Below, piece by piece: positions 1 to 12,404 of a stretch of DNA of 64,000 nt. How positions within the stretch are numbered: position 1 is the first letter of the stretch; each line of letters opens with the position of its first letter. The notes under the pieces were generated by a model. It worked only from the letters and a program-made list of their open reading frames with translations. It was not told the DNA's origin and did no database searches. The stretch is from Lytechinus pictus (taxonomy: Eukaryota): assembly GCF_037042905.1 (NCBI RefSeq), contig NC_087252.1, positions 14,758,001 through 14,822,000 on the forward strand. Direction: 5' to 3'. The position numbers were made by a program, and so were the translations under genes.

Positions 1-39
1 GAAATAAAAGAATTGAATTGAATTGAATTGAATTGAATT
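1..39 (+). repeat. AATAAA followed by (GAATT)n, probably the 3' tail of a LINE at the window edge
   Basis: gaaataaaa then about 6 x gaatt. Confidence 0.55.
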
Positions 40-499
40 ACATTGTATGAGATTTGTTTGTATTAAAATTTATATTACTTTGATTTTAGTTTTGTAACTA
101 AGATGTCAATTATATGAGCTCATAAAACTTTTTAATACAAGTACATGGGTACACGTGTGTCGCTTAAAGGCATGTAGGAAACTATAACAAATTTGTCAAT
201 TCGCAAATACCGCCTGCAGAAATAAAGGAAACTATAAGATGGAATGAAGAAGAGAAAGGAGAGAAAAAAGGAAATAAAAAGCACGAGAAAAGTGTGAGAG
301 GAAGGGAGAGAGAGGGAGAAAATACAGTTTTATTATTTTGCCATTTCCTGTCGCTTTCTTTCTATAACAAATAGTTGCTAGATTATTACAATTTCAGAAG
401 AAGGAGGAAGAGGAGGGAAAAAGACGAAGAAGAAGAAGCTGAAGAAGAAAAGGAAGGAGAAGGAAAAGGAAGACTAGAAGAGGAAGACGAAGTAAACCG

Positions 500-1361
500 T
501 CATGAATATCATTTCACTACCACCGTCATTATCACAAATTTTATCACCATCATCATTATTGATGTCATCATCATCATTATCTTTATTGTCATCATCAGTG
601 TTATAATCATCATCATCTTTATTGTCATCAGTGTCATCCCCAACATCATTTTCATCACAACCATTCTTATCTCCGTTAATCTTAATGATCTACATTTTCA
701 TCTCAATCATCTTTAGCATCATCATTGTAATCATCGTAGTCATCATCATCGTCATCACCACGCTCATCATCGTCATCATCACCATCATCATCGTCATCAC
801 CACCCTTAACACCACCATCATTATCATCATCTAATAACTATTATCATCACCACCATCATCGTCATCATCACCATCATCATCGTCATCACCACCCTTATCA
901 CCACCATCATTATCATCATCTTAACTATTATTATCATCACTATCATCTTAAAAATCATCATAATCATCACCATCACCACCCTCATCATCATCGTCATCAC
1001 CACCCTCATCATCATCATCATCACTTTCATCATCATCATTAATGTTGTGGAGCGTTGTGGCCCAGTGGATTAGTCTTCTGACTTCTGAAACAGAGGGTCG
1101 TGGGTTCAAATCCCAGCCATGGCGTAATTTCCTTCGGCAAGAAACTCATCCACATTATGCTGCACTCAACCCTGTTGAGGTGAATGGGTACCCAGTAGTA
1201 AGAAATGTCTTGAATGCTTGAGCGCCTTGGCAGCTCAGCTAAAGCCGGGGTAGAACAGTTTTCGAAACTGAAGTGGCTACCCTGGGTAAATATACCTATA
1301 TTATTATCATTATCACCATCATCACCATCATCACCATCATCACCATCATCACCATCATCAC

Positions 1362-1430
<69 letters not shown>

Positions 1431-1665
1431 CACCATCACCATCATCACCATCATCACCATCATCACCATGATGATCATCATCATCACCATCATCACCATC
1501 ATCATCATCATCGATCACCATCGTTATCATCACCACCACCATCATCATCTTCATCATCATCATCACCATCATCACCATCATCATCATCATCATCGATCAC
1601 CATCGTTATCATCACCACAACCATCATCATCATCATCACTTTCATCATCGCCGTCATCATTATCT
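500..1665. repeat. Degenerate (ATC/CAT)n microsatellite field interrupted by a SINE
   Basis: Long atc/acc triplet runs; these account for the poly-I/M/D/H/S ORFs. Confidence 0.95.
1044..1300 (+). mobile_element. tRNA-derived SINE (CORE-like central domain), near full length
   Basis: A box tggcccagtgg, B box ggttcaaatccc, central ccttcggcaagaaact...tgcactcaacc...gaatgggtacc, (att)n tail; further copies elsewhere in the window. Confidence 0.9.
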
Positions 1666-2324
1666 TATTTCTGGTTGCCAACCACGATTAAGCTCGACTA
1701 CCAATATTTGATATCCAAACATAACCCAATACAAACGACAGCTGTCAGGGCATTTAGCATAATAATTTAGTAAAGCATTGTTTTATAATTTCACATGCAA
1801 TACACAAGAGGAGTGAATATATAATCATTTTGTATTTATTGATCACTAGAGATTATTTTATTGCTTTGATTATGTAAGTCATTGTTATACAGTTATCAGT
1901 CGTGACAACAAATCATGACAATGAAAATCAGTATTGGGATAATTACCATACACAAGATTAAACCTAAATCGATTTAATTTCATTTCACATCGATTCCATT
2001 TCACTTATTTCTACAATAACTGCAAAATGAATTTCGCACCTCAAAATCATTATTAAAAATACACTTTAAATTGCTTATGAATTATAACAATTAAATACAC
2101 ATATCAAAGTAGCTGAATAATTATGAACTAGCTAATTTGAGTAATTTGACAACTGTATTGGGGAGGAAAACTGACCCCCCCCCCCCTGCACATAATTATC
2201 ATGTGAATCAGAATCATATCAAGTGGTATCATATCAATCGAACACCGGCGAAAATCAGTTGAGGGGGTAAATTATAGTTTACCCCATCCCATTGAATCCT
2301 TATTTCTAATGGAAAATAATGAAT

Positions 2325-2590
2325 TGGACATGTATTATCTACATCATAGCCCTCTTTGGATAGCGATCCTGCCCCCCCCCACCCCCATTGGACAGGTATT
2401 ATCTACATCATACCCACCTTTGGATAGCGATCCTGCCCCCCCCCCCCACCCCCAATGGACAGGTATTATCTACATCATACCCCTCTTTGGATACCGATCC
2501 TGCCCCCCCCCCCTCCACCCCCATTGGACAGGTATTATCTACATCACACCCCTCTTTGGATACCGATCCTGCCCCCCCCCCCCACACCCC
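2325..2590 (+). repeat. Minisatellite, about 4 units of about 65 bp
   Basis: Unit tggacaggtattatctacatcatacccctctttggataccgatcctgcc(c)n. Confidence 0.95.
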
Positions 2591-3346
2591 TCCGCTTCTC
2601 ATTAATCTAGAATTCTTAAATCACCTTTGACTAAACACACTCATGATAAAATTAATCAGCTCTACAAAAGGCCTCTTATGTGTCCAGAGTATATACAGAA
2701 ATACGACCAAGATATATACATAATTTATAAAGAGCCTCTTAACTGTCTATACGCGAATATGAACAAGATATTTTAATGTACATTACAGATAGGAGTAATA
2801 GAAGCAGAGTATACCCTGTTAGGCAAGTTACCTTCTGAAAATCGAAGAAAAAAATGAATGAGTTCAATGAAAAAATTTATGATTACCACCTAATTTAGTA
2901 CTCTAAAAGCAAAGTGTACATTTAGGTACAGCTGATGGAGTTTGCGCTTGTTATTGCTCTCTTTGCCAAGCAGTTCATAAATGCATTTGTTTCTTTTCTG
3001 GTTCCACATTATTATACACACTATGCTGTTTTGTGAATTCCCGTATATCATTAAATATTACATCTAAACAAGGTGTGTGATTATTGAAGTTATTCATAAA
3101 CGAACGAGAAATATATATTAGTAAATTCATCTTGTTCTCAATTTGAAATGCAAACAAATACATTTGATTACTTTGTATATTCTGTTAGAAATGATATTTT
3201 TTTTAAGTGGTCAAACGCAGCATAGGAAGATTATAGTAAAATATTTTAGGCACCTGTTTCAGAATATTGTGGATTGTCTAACCATTCACCCTACCCCTCT
3301 CCTGCCCCCCCCCCCTTCTCTCCCAACTAAAGAATATGATCCGTGA

Positions 3347-3403
3347 TCATTCCTCTGGTAACCCCAGAGAAACTTGCCTCCCTTCTTCAGATCGCAGTGG
3401 TCC
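3347..3403 (-). CDS. Orphan 114-aa gene, terminal coding exon (GPLRSEEGRQVSLGLPEE*)
   Basis: Acceptor ctcatttctcatttattAG, phase 0 matching the upstream exon, ends in TGA. Confidence 0.55.
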   Translation of the reverse strand, partial: GPLRSEEGRQVSLGLPEE

Positions 3404-3742
3404 CTAATAAATGAGAAATGAGAAAAGAATTTAGGTTAAAAAAAGATTTATACAAGTGACAACATCCATTACCATTTTATAATTTTGAAATGAATTATCA
3501 TTGAATTGACTAATAGAGGATCAAATATTAATTAATTTTTAAAAACTTTTTGAGGTTTATAACACTTTCTGGACATAGTGTCACATGCACATTTACATAG
3601 ATTTGTATATTTCCACGCTAACGTTGGCTAAAATTGCCCCCTCCCCATCCTATACACACAGAGACCTCTACGTCCACAGAGAAGAAGACAAAGGTGGGGA
3701 TAGGAAAATAAAAATAAGCGCCGTATACCAGTCAGACTGCAG

Positions 3743-3899
3743 GGGGGCATTTCATAAAAGGACTCGTCGGACGTTTTATCCGACAAGTCCCATTTTATCC
3801 GACAGTTACCATAGGAACAGTGCCTCTCAGCCAATCAAAATCATGGAAAGATGTCAGATCTGACAACTTGTCGGATGAAAATATTGATGAAACGCTCCC
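3743..3899. mobile_element. MITE, PIF/Harbinger-like
   Basis: Termini gggggcatttcat / atgaaacgctccc, flanked by CAG on both sides. Confidence 0.7.
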
Positions 3900-4973
3900 C
3901 AGGTCCCAAGAAAGTGGCTTCTTTCATCCAAGTGATATTCATGACTTGAGATGTTTTGCATATTTAATGAGCTTGATGCGGACCAAAACACCTCTTTTCA
4001 TTCGGTCATTGCTGCTCTAATTGTGCATCGAATTTCATGAATTTGGTACCATTGTAAAGAAGAAGAATCATTCTTTCAGGTCATGTGTTTGGATTTATTC
4101 AAAGATTTTGTAATATAGGTTAAAATTTTGATCTAAAATATGCTACAAAATAAATATTTTCACCTGACAAAAGCTGCTATTTTCACACTCTATTTTTGTT
4201 TGAGCCCAAATGATTTTTATATCATGATAAAGCTGAATATGTATGCTTTGAAATTATATAGGTTTCAAAATAAGAATTGGTTTAATCGGGTCAAGATCAC
4301 ACTTTTCATTTGCCAAGTACATAAAGCAGCTTGAAAACAAGAATACTGCACTCTGATTGGTCAAAGAGACCACACAATGGCAAATTCCAACGGTTCCAGT
4401 GCCTGGGTTCGTGGGAAGGTCACACTTCCCATGTGGTAATCTCCTCAAATACCCCGCGCCTGTTGTTCTGTGAGCCTTATCCAGCCAATCTGGATTTCAT
4501 GCAAGTACAAAAATTCAGAAATCTCGTCTTGTACATTGGTGGGAAAAGTGTGATCTTATCCTGATTAAAAGGTGCCGCATATCAAGAGTGGCATTGTGAG
4601 AAAGTACAGATGTTCAGCTTTATGGTGATATAGATATCACTGAGGCTCAAAATAAAAAGTTTTGCATAATTTGCAAAAGAAAACAGAGGAAGAAAATTCA
4701 GTTTTTGGGCACATTTTCAGGCCAGAAATTTACTTATTTAACAAAATATTGTATACAGAGGAAATGACCAATATGAAAGAGTAACTTTTACTCTATCTGA
4801 TCGTGTAATAATATTTCATTTAACTTGAGGTTAAAACAGGTAAATTCTTAGAGAAAGAAAATCTCACGAATCACGAGATTTTGCAAGGAGGAGGATTCAG
4901 CCACGAGATGATTTGGATGAATCTGGCCTTTTTGCTCATTAGCATAGGGACCTGCGGTCTGACTGATACTTAC

Positions 4974-5096
4974 TATCTCGGACATTTCTTCATCGCGTGT
5001 CTCCGACCCCGAAGTTTCGGGAGCAGCGTCCAGTCCCACCACGACGTTTCTTTCGTCCTGAGGCTGCACACCCACTGTCAAGACCTCTTTTTCTTC
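4974..5096 (-). CDS. Orphan gene, internal exon (EEKEVLTVGVQPQDERNVVVGLDAAPETSGSETRDEEMSEI)
   Basis: Acceptor ttttctacattttttaAG, donor GTAAGT, 123 nt, phase 0/0, GC-richer than flanks. Confidence 0.75.
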
Positions 5097-5369
5097 CTTA
5101 AAAAATGTAGAAAAGCAATTTCAAAGTAAATGATGAGATGGGGAGAGGACTATTTTATATGCGAGGAAAGAAAAAGAAATTTACTTTATTTCCTTTCTCC
5201 CGTCATATTGCATTCACAAAAAAAATGAAGAAGGTGAAACGGGTGGAATTAAAATAGCATTCATGCATAGGCCTATATTGTGTTAACAGCCATAACAAAG
5301 AATAGACCCCCCCCCAAAAAAAAAAAAAAAAAGTGTTTACATACTTAATAAATTTTGTATAAGTGGAAT

Positions 5370-5483
5370 CAGTGGCGGACCGTGACCCGGAGGAGACAAA
5401 GCATTGGAGGGGCACTGTATTGTTTGTGAACAATACTGTGCCCCTCCAATGCTTTGTCTCCTCCGGGTCACGGTCCGCCACTG
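5370..5483. mobile_element. 114-bp palindromic hAT-like MITE
   Basis: Near-perfect foldback cagtggcggaccgtgacc...ggtcacggtccgccactg; exact 8-bp TSD agtggaat. Confidence 0.9.
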
Positions 5484-5756
5484 AGTGGAATGATTAATTT
5501 AATATTAAATTTTGATAAGCCTATATTTTAGTAATACTTGTCTGATTTTGAGTTGGTCAGAGTATTAAAATAACACATAGAGGGCAGCATTCACATTTAT
5601 CAATTTTCTTCTTCAAGTATTATCTCCATTCGACGCCTTATTCATTATGTTTTATTTATTCAAATTGATATTATTATACTGTATGAAATAATTTTCTTAA
5701 ACAATAAGGAATAATATGACAATGAGGTTATCCTTTTTTATTGATACACTCTGTAA

Positions 5757-6034
5757 ATGCAAAGGAGCTAATCTGGTCCCTAATAATCACGCTCCTCCCA
5801 GGGCATGCAGAGTGAGATGAGAGACCAGTCGTCATGTAATGAGATTTCGGTCTTTCAAGAGTGAGTTTTCACCTTTTTTTAGGAGTGAAAGTGTGCATTT
5901 GTTTCCAGTTTCACTCTAAAAGAGATGAAAATTCACTCTTGAAAGACCGAAATCTCACTCCATTACGACTGGTCCCCTCATCTCACTCTAAGAGGAGCGT
6001 GATTATATTAGGGATCAGATTAGCTTCTTTGCAT
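5757..6034. mobile_element. Foldback MITE abutting a splice donor
   Basis: atgcaaaggagctaatctggtccctaat...attagggatcagattagcttctttgcat with internal inverted arms. Confidence 0.8.
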
Positions 6035-6040
6035 ACTCAC

Positions 6041-6148
6041 CTTCATTTTCAGCACGATTTCTACTTCATTATTATGGACAGAAAATGAGATCTTGGTCGT
6101 GCTGGATGGATCGATTTCAAGATGGAAACCTGGACCCTTCATTGATAT
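6041..6148 (-). CDS. Orphan gene, internal exon (ISMKGPGFHLEIDPSSTTKISFSVHNNEVEIVLKMK)
   Basis: Acceptor tttatattttgctAG, donor GTGAGT, 108 nt, phase 0/0, open frame. Confidence 0.75.
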
Positions 6149-6280
6149 CTAGCAAAATATAAACAAAGAAAAATACTGATTTAAAAATTTGATTAAAAAA
6201 AACAAACACACCAATATACACGTCCCTCGACAAATCTCACATGAAAACATAAGCGAATTAACATTTTTAGTGAATTACTA

Positions 6281-6520
6281 CACAGCAAAAAACTGTGGTG
6301 TTAACCGGTGCACATAGAGGACCACACCAGTTATTTAACACCGGTGTTAAATTGGTGGTGTTAGTTTTACACCTATAGGTGTTATTACAACACCTATGGC
6401 TGTTACATTTACATTCTTTGGTGTTATGTTCAATCTCTAGGGTGTTATTTTAACACCTCAGGGTGTGGTCCTCTATTAACACCAATTGGTGTCAGTTTTA
6501 ACGCCACAGTTTTTACAGTG
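6281..6520. mobile_element. MITE with CAC...GTG termini (EnSpm/CACTA-like)
   Basis: cacagcaaaaaactgtggtgttaa / ttaacgccacagtttttacagtg, internal ggtgtta/taacacc motifs. Confidence 0.75.
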
Positions 6521-6687
6521 CATACCAACGGAGAAATTAAAATTATACATATGAAAATATCTCCAAATCAGTAAGTCCAAAGTGATTTTTAACAACTATA
6601 TAATTCCATCAGCAAGAAGAATTCTTCACTGCCTTGAGTGCCTTATACTCTCTTATTCTATGACTATAACATTTTATTTTTTTTTAC

Positions 6688-6744
6688 CTTATTTTTGTCG
6701 TTGTCTCTGTCACTGGGGTAGGTGTTACGATGCTGAGTTGACAT
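6688..6744 (-). CDS. Orphan gene, first coding exon (MSTQHRNTYPSDRDNDKNK)
   Basis: Acceptor ttttctccatttcatgcatAG, ATG 2 nt into the exon, AAG|GTAAAA donor in phase 0. Confidence 0.6.
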
Positions 6745-6905
6745 TTCTATGCATGAAATGGAGAAAATTAGTTATGAAATTTTCCTTCAATGAAGTTCTT
6801 TATTCTCCAGAATTATACAATGTAATACATCAAATAACTCGTAAAAATACTTTGCTGCCCTATAATTATGATCTGTCCCAATAAATTTGTTCTCTCTCTT
6901 CTCAC

Positions 6906-7038
6906 CACATCATAGCTGAATTTCTGCTAAACGTTTTTTTTTTAACCAGTGTTTTTGTTCCTGCTTCTGTTTATGGTAACTCCCGTAGGAACTCGACAGG
7001 ACAGCATTTTGCTGGTAAACGTCAAGTTGGTATATATA
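6906..7038 (-). promoter_or_regulatory. Putative TATA box (7038-7031) and non-coding first exon of the orphan gene
   Basis: tatatata, then about 100 nt ending in the donor GTGAGA at 6905. Confidence 0.45.
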
Positions 7039-7144
7039 ACCAATTACCTGGGAAACAATTTTACGTCTATATAGGTCAATAAGTCACAATGGTTGACCCA
7101 TATTAAACGACAGATATTACTCTTGGACCTTTTTATCAAAGTGG

Positions 7145-7222
7145 TGACAATGGCAGAATGGGGATTCGAACTTACAATCTTGTGATTGTGAGTCCAATGC
7201 TCTAACCACTCGACCCGTGTAG
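7145..7222 (-). mobile_element. SINE tRNA-head fragment
   Basis: Reverse complement ggtcgagtggttagagcattggact...agttcgaatccc. Confidence 0.7.
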
Positions 7223-8478
7223 TATTGTTACACCATTTATATCGGTGTAATATTGTTATACCAGTTTTATTAATTTTTTGGTCGATTTGTCTCTTCTGTA
7301 TTTTTTTCCAAATTTCCATCAAAAAAGATAAACAAAAAGTCAGTGTAACAATTTATTACAAACTCGGGGCGAGTGGCGAGTCAATGCTACATCGTATCGC
7401 ATATGATTTTTTTTTGAGAGAGGGTACACGATGATCAAAGTCCACTTCAATACACTAGCAAAAGAAATTATGTTTGTACATACAACGCAGCTCTGTATAC
7501 ATACTGTACAACGGGATCATTTCCACTACAAGTAAATTGTTGATAAAATATAATGTACGATTTCTTCTTCATTTGGAGTCATCATATACATTGGAATAAA
7601 GTCAATAATAAGGTAATATAATGTGTTTTGTTTTAGTAGACATTTTATAAATTATTATCAGATAATTTCGCCTTAATCTCTCTGGTTATGTTGATAATAA
7701 AATGCCTTGGTTACATTAATTCGTCTTTCCCAGACAATCTCACTTTGATTTGCATGATAATGATTTTCATTACACTGTATATGTCTAAACTGATTACATA
7801 GACCAAGTAAACAATCATGAATTCATGACCTTGACTGACTGAAGGAAGGGCAAGAAATTGTTTTGTCAATGCACCCCCCCCCTCAAAACAAAAATTACAA
7901 TCATAATCATAATAATTATATTATTTTAAAGAAAATTGTTCATTACGTTATTGAAGAGAATCTCACTAGTCGCATATACCCAGCAGGTTATAGCAGTGGT
8001 GTATTGAGTAATTTTTTTATTTTTTTGGGGGGGGGGGCAAGACATGACAAATGAGGCAAGATCTCTCTCTCTCTCTCAAAAAAACAAAACAATAATTGTG
8101 AGAGGGCGAAGCGAGAGAAAAAAAAACCTTGACAACTTTTAATTAAAAAAAATCAAAGTTTCTAATGTTTGTGGCAGAGTTTGAGATAAAATACAAAATA
8201 TGACACCCTTTTGGTTCCTTTCCATTTCTCTTTTTTTCTCATTGGTCGTATATTCTTTTTTTTTTTGGGGGGGGGGGCTCCAGGCCCGACGCCCTTCATA
8301 ATGAACGCAAGTCGGTTATTCTAAATACTTATTTGAACTGTTAAAAACTACAAAGTGTGTTGTATGAAACTTAAACAAGATTTATTTTTTTATTCTGTAG
8401 ACTAAGGGAACTCTATATTGAGACAAACGAAAAGATCTTCATGCATTACCAGCAAGTTTATGATTAGCAGACGATTGT

Positions 8479-10625
8479 TTGATTATAATTGTAGATGCAA
8501 GTGAAATAATGAAGCTAATTGACAACCTATCATTGAACAAATCTCCAGGTATCGATGGAATTACGGCTGTTGTACTCAAGAAAGTTAAAAAACCGATATC
8601 AGTGGTACTACAGCGTATGTTCAGGATTTCACTTTCACTAGGTCAACTTCCCATTCAATGGAAACAGTCCATTGTAATCCCAGTTCATAAGTCTGGTAAT
8701 CCCTCTGATTATCATATTTATCGTCCGGTTGCACTCACTTCATTAGTTTGTAAGATGATGGAAACTTTTATTGACAGATCAATAGTGTCTCATGTCGATT
8801 CATATGGTTTGCTCTCTCCAAAACAACATGGTTTCACTCCCAAAAGGTCACCCATGATTGGTTAACGTCCCTGGAAGTATTGCCCACTCCTTTAATCGAT
8901 GCCATTTTCTTCGATTTAAGCAAGGCGTTTGACCGAATGCCGCATAGTCTTCTACTAAATAAATTATCAAAAAACTACAATATCCAGGGCGATACGTGGA
9001 AATGGATTAAATCTTTTGTTTGTGGGAGAGAGCAATCCGTTCAGTTCCGGGGGTCACGATCATGCTGGTCAAAAGTTACTTCAGGAATACCACAGGGAAG
9101 TGTATTAGGGCCAAGATTATTCAATCTGTTTGTTAATGATATCACTCATGTAGTAAAATCGCAATGTGTGCTCTTTGCAGACGACACGCTCTTCCGTATA
9201 ATACGAAACGAGTCCGATAAACAATTACTCCAAGCTGACATTTCATGTGTAATTAAGTGGTGTGAATTAAACAAAATGCAACTTAATGCTGCAAAAACTA
9301 AAGTTCTTAGGATTGCCCCTCGTAAGAAAAATGTCGGGCAAACAGAGTATACAATTGATGATACAATGATAGAACAAGTACATTCTCTCAAGTACCTCGG
9401 GGTCACCCTTAACTCTAGTGTGACCTGGGATGACCAGGTTGATAATGTAATTAAAAGGGCTATAATAGAATTATGCTAGGTCTTATATCGTGATTAGGTA
9501 ATGGCGTGTCACAACAGGCATTATTCTGTCTGTACAAATCACTTGTATTGCCAATCCTGGAATACGGGATCCCGTCATGGTATGTTTTCACAAGGAAACA
9601 TACTGAAGCCCTGGAAAGAGTTCAGCGAAGGGCAACACGAGTAATCTTGAAACAAAGGCAACATGAAATGCCTTACCCACAGCGCTTACAGAACCTTTCT
9701 TGGTTTATTCTTGAATCCAGAAGGAAATATCTAATGATGTCATTTGTAATCAAAAACCTGTCTAACATTGTATCATGTGAGGCGGTCAATGACAATATAA
9801 CGGTACGATCACGCCAGAGTGAACACACAATCCTATTCCACCACATGAAAGCCAGAACCGAACGTTTGCACCAAACTGCAATACATAGATTTCCGATTAT
9901 ATGGGAAAGTATGCCCTCACATATCAAAGATGAAATTGTATCTGGAAACATCTCAAAACTTCTGAACCTCCTTCGTCGTGAAATTCTTTCTGTTTTTTGA
10001 ATAATTAGATGTCCGATTTATAATGATATTTCCTTCGATAATGCTTAATTTATTATTTTCCCATTGACAAATTTCAACAAAAGATCAAGTTTATTCATAA
10101 TTTATACACTAAATCTAATCCGGCCTATTTCAACTTCAACATTATGTCATTTGATCGCTCTTACATGGTTTTATATATTCTTATTGTCTCATATCCCATT
10201 ACTTATGGTAGATGCAGTATTATATATCTATAATTTCAAACTTACGATTGCTTTAATGTTTGATGCTTATCATTCTAATGCTTGTAGATACATAGTGATG
10301 TGATTGGGGGAGGTATTGTGGGGGTTGGCTTGAAGTGACCAAGTTACATGTATGACCATTGTATTTTGCCGATTCTAAATATCTTCATTTTATTTTTATT
10401 TTTTCACCATTGGTGTTATGACCTGGATGGGGTTGGGAGGTTTGGGGAGGAAGACCTGTGGGTTATGGCTATTAAGTTAGCCTTTTCCATACCCAGGCAG
10501 CCTCTCCAACTCTCATCCAGGTCTTATTTTCTCTATCATGTACAAGTTTGATTGATCCTGTCTCTGATCTGTTTGTACTCTTTGTTTTTTTAATGCCAAA
10601 TAAAATAATAATAATAATAATAATA
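8479..10625 (+). mobile_element. 5'-truncated CR1-group LINE with frameshifted reverse transcriptase ORF
   Basis: KSPGIDGI, YRPVALTS, QHGF, DLSKAFD, GIPQGSVLGP, LFADD, KYLGV, LERVQRRATR across ORFs 8479-8865, 8880-9479, 9506-10000; AATAAA+(AAT)n tail. Confidence 0.93.
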
Positions 10626-11059
10626 TTCTTTTTTTATTGTAATTGCAGGAAACTAGATTACGATTGGTGACTTTTACGAATAATGATCCCTGTTTCATTC
10701 AAATGCTGTTTTATTTTTTTTTTTTTTTAGAGTGGTGCGTATATAAGCCGCAGACCACCATTCTTACGCTCAATTTTTTTTTTATTTATTTATTATTATT
10801 TTTTGGAGGGGAGTGGCAAGACATGACGAATGAAGCGAAATCTCTCTCTCTCAAAAAAAAAAAACAACTGTGAAAGAGCGAGGCGAGAGAGAAAAAACGT
10901 TGATACTTTTTTAATAAAAAAATCGTTTAAACTTTTTTAATTAAAACGTTGATACTTTTTTAATTAAAACGTTGATACTTTTTTAAATAAAAAATCAAAG
11001 TGATGTTTGTGACAGAGTTTGAGATAAAATACAACAGATTAAAGGTTACTCGAACATGT

Positions 11060-11222
11060 CGAGCATTCAAGGAATTTCTTCCTACCTGGTACCCATTCAC
11101 TATACCTGTGTGTAGAGTTGTAAATGAAGATAAACGCTTGCCAAAAGACGCAAGTGCCGTGGTTAGATTCGAACCCCGGACCTTTTGGATCAAAGTCCAG
11201 AGATTTATCCACTGATCCACAC
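11060..11222 (-). mobile_element. tRNA-derived SINE inside the duplicated unit
   Basis: gtggatcagtggataa...ggggttcgaatc...gaatgggtaccaggtaggaagaaattccttgaatgc. Confidence 0.85.
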
Positions 11223-12404
11223 ACCCTTTTTGTGGGTTATTAATCGATGTATTGCTTGATCGATTATAATCATATAATTACCTGTCTTTATAAACAGTGT
11301 TGATTGATTTATATTGTAACGTGCACCACGGCTTGCATGGTTCAAAATGAATAAATTTAATGAATGATATTCCAAATGAAATACTTTTCTGTATTCAATT
11401 TCTTGAATCTTTAAAAGAAAAAACCAAAGAGGATAAAAAGAGCACACTCTCTCCATAAATAATCGACCCTTGAAAATACCTCATTATATTTTTATATTCA
11501 ATGGTGCGCTTATAATTAGTGATATAAATAAACCATAAGTATGAGATAAATTCATTTATAAAGGGGATAATTTTGTACGAATCTTGCAAACATTTATAGC
11601 ATGCCTCTTTATTTCACACGTATTATGTATAAATATTTTTTAATTAAATTTATGATTATGCTTAAGTTTGATATTTTTTCTGTTCACTGAGATTAATTCC
11701 TCAATATCTTTCTACTTTTCAATTTATAAGCGCACGGAATCTTGAAATCTGTGAAATTTTCAGCAAACATTTCTTCGACAAATGTGAAATATTTCCGTGG
11801 CATTTGATGACCATGATATCTCACTGATTATTTAGGATATATATATCAAAAGCATGCTTGAATCATCCCTTACACCGCATTTGAGTGTCAGTCTTAAAAA
11901 ATAGAAGAAAAACGATTTATGAAAAGAGTGATAATTTTCGCAAACCATAAATACAAATTATGGTGTACTCATGTCAAATTCTGTGATACAAATGCGCCAA
12001 TACTTTTGAAAGAAAGTGAAAAGATAATTGAACTTCAAAATGACGAGCTTTAATTTCAAGATTTCCCAAAGGTATTTTCTAAAATGTCTTTTCCAAAATA
12101 CCTCAGTGAAAGAAACTTTAAAAATTTATCATTTAGTTTCATCGGATGATCGGAATGAAAAAAAAGAGACCTTGGAAATTATGGCAAGCATGCTTATTGG
12201 AAAAAAATATTTGGATGAAATTCTAAGTACAAACCCGTAAAAATAAATGAAATAAGGCTTACTTACTTAAAAATGAACCCTCTCCTGCCCAAGACTGATG
12301 AAATGACTGGAAGGTTAAGTTATAATCCAATCATGGAGTTAAACTCGTTTTAGATTGTGTTGCGACTGCTTACAAAGGCTGTGCGCCACCAAAATTTTAC
12401 AAAT

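Larger units (their letters stand above)
38..2211 (+). repeat. Segmental duplication, copy A (paralogous to 27397-28859)
   Basis: Shared unique flanks ttacattg...gatttgtttgtattaaaatt and ...ccctgcacataattatcatgtgaatcaga, the same SINE and (ATC)n field. Confidence 0.9.

Noticed and set aside
1044..1120. tRNA-Gln-like heads (also 11150-11222, 18945-19005, 27620-27695)
   Set aside because: They continue into SINE bodies and are not tRNA genes
375..1770. Long poly-Ile/Met/Asp/His/Ser ORFs (also 27800-28351)
   Set aside because: Translations of (ATC)n microsatellite and SINE
2325..2590. CRISPR-like periodicity (also 31648-32042)
   Set aside because: No unique spacers, no cas genes, eukaryotic context; ordinary minisatellites
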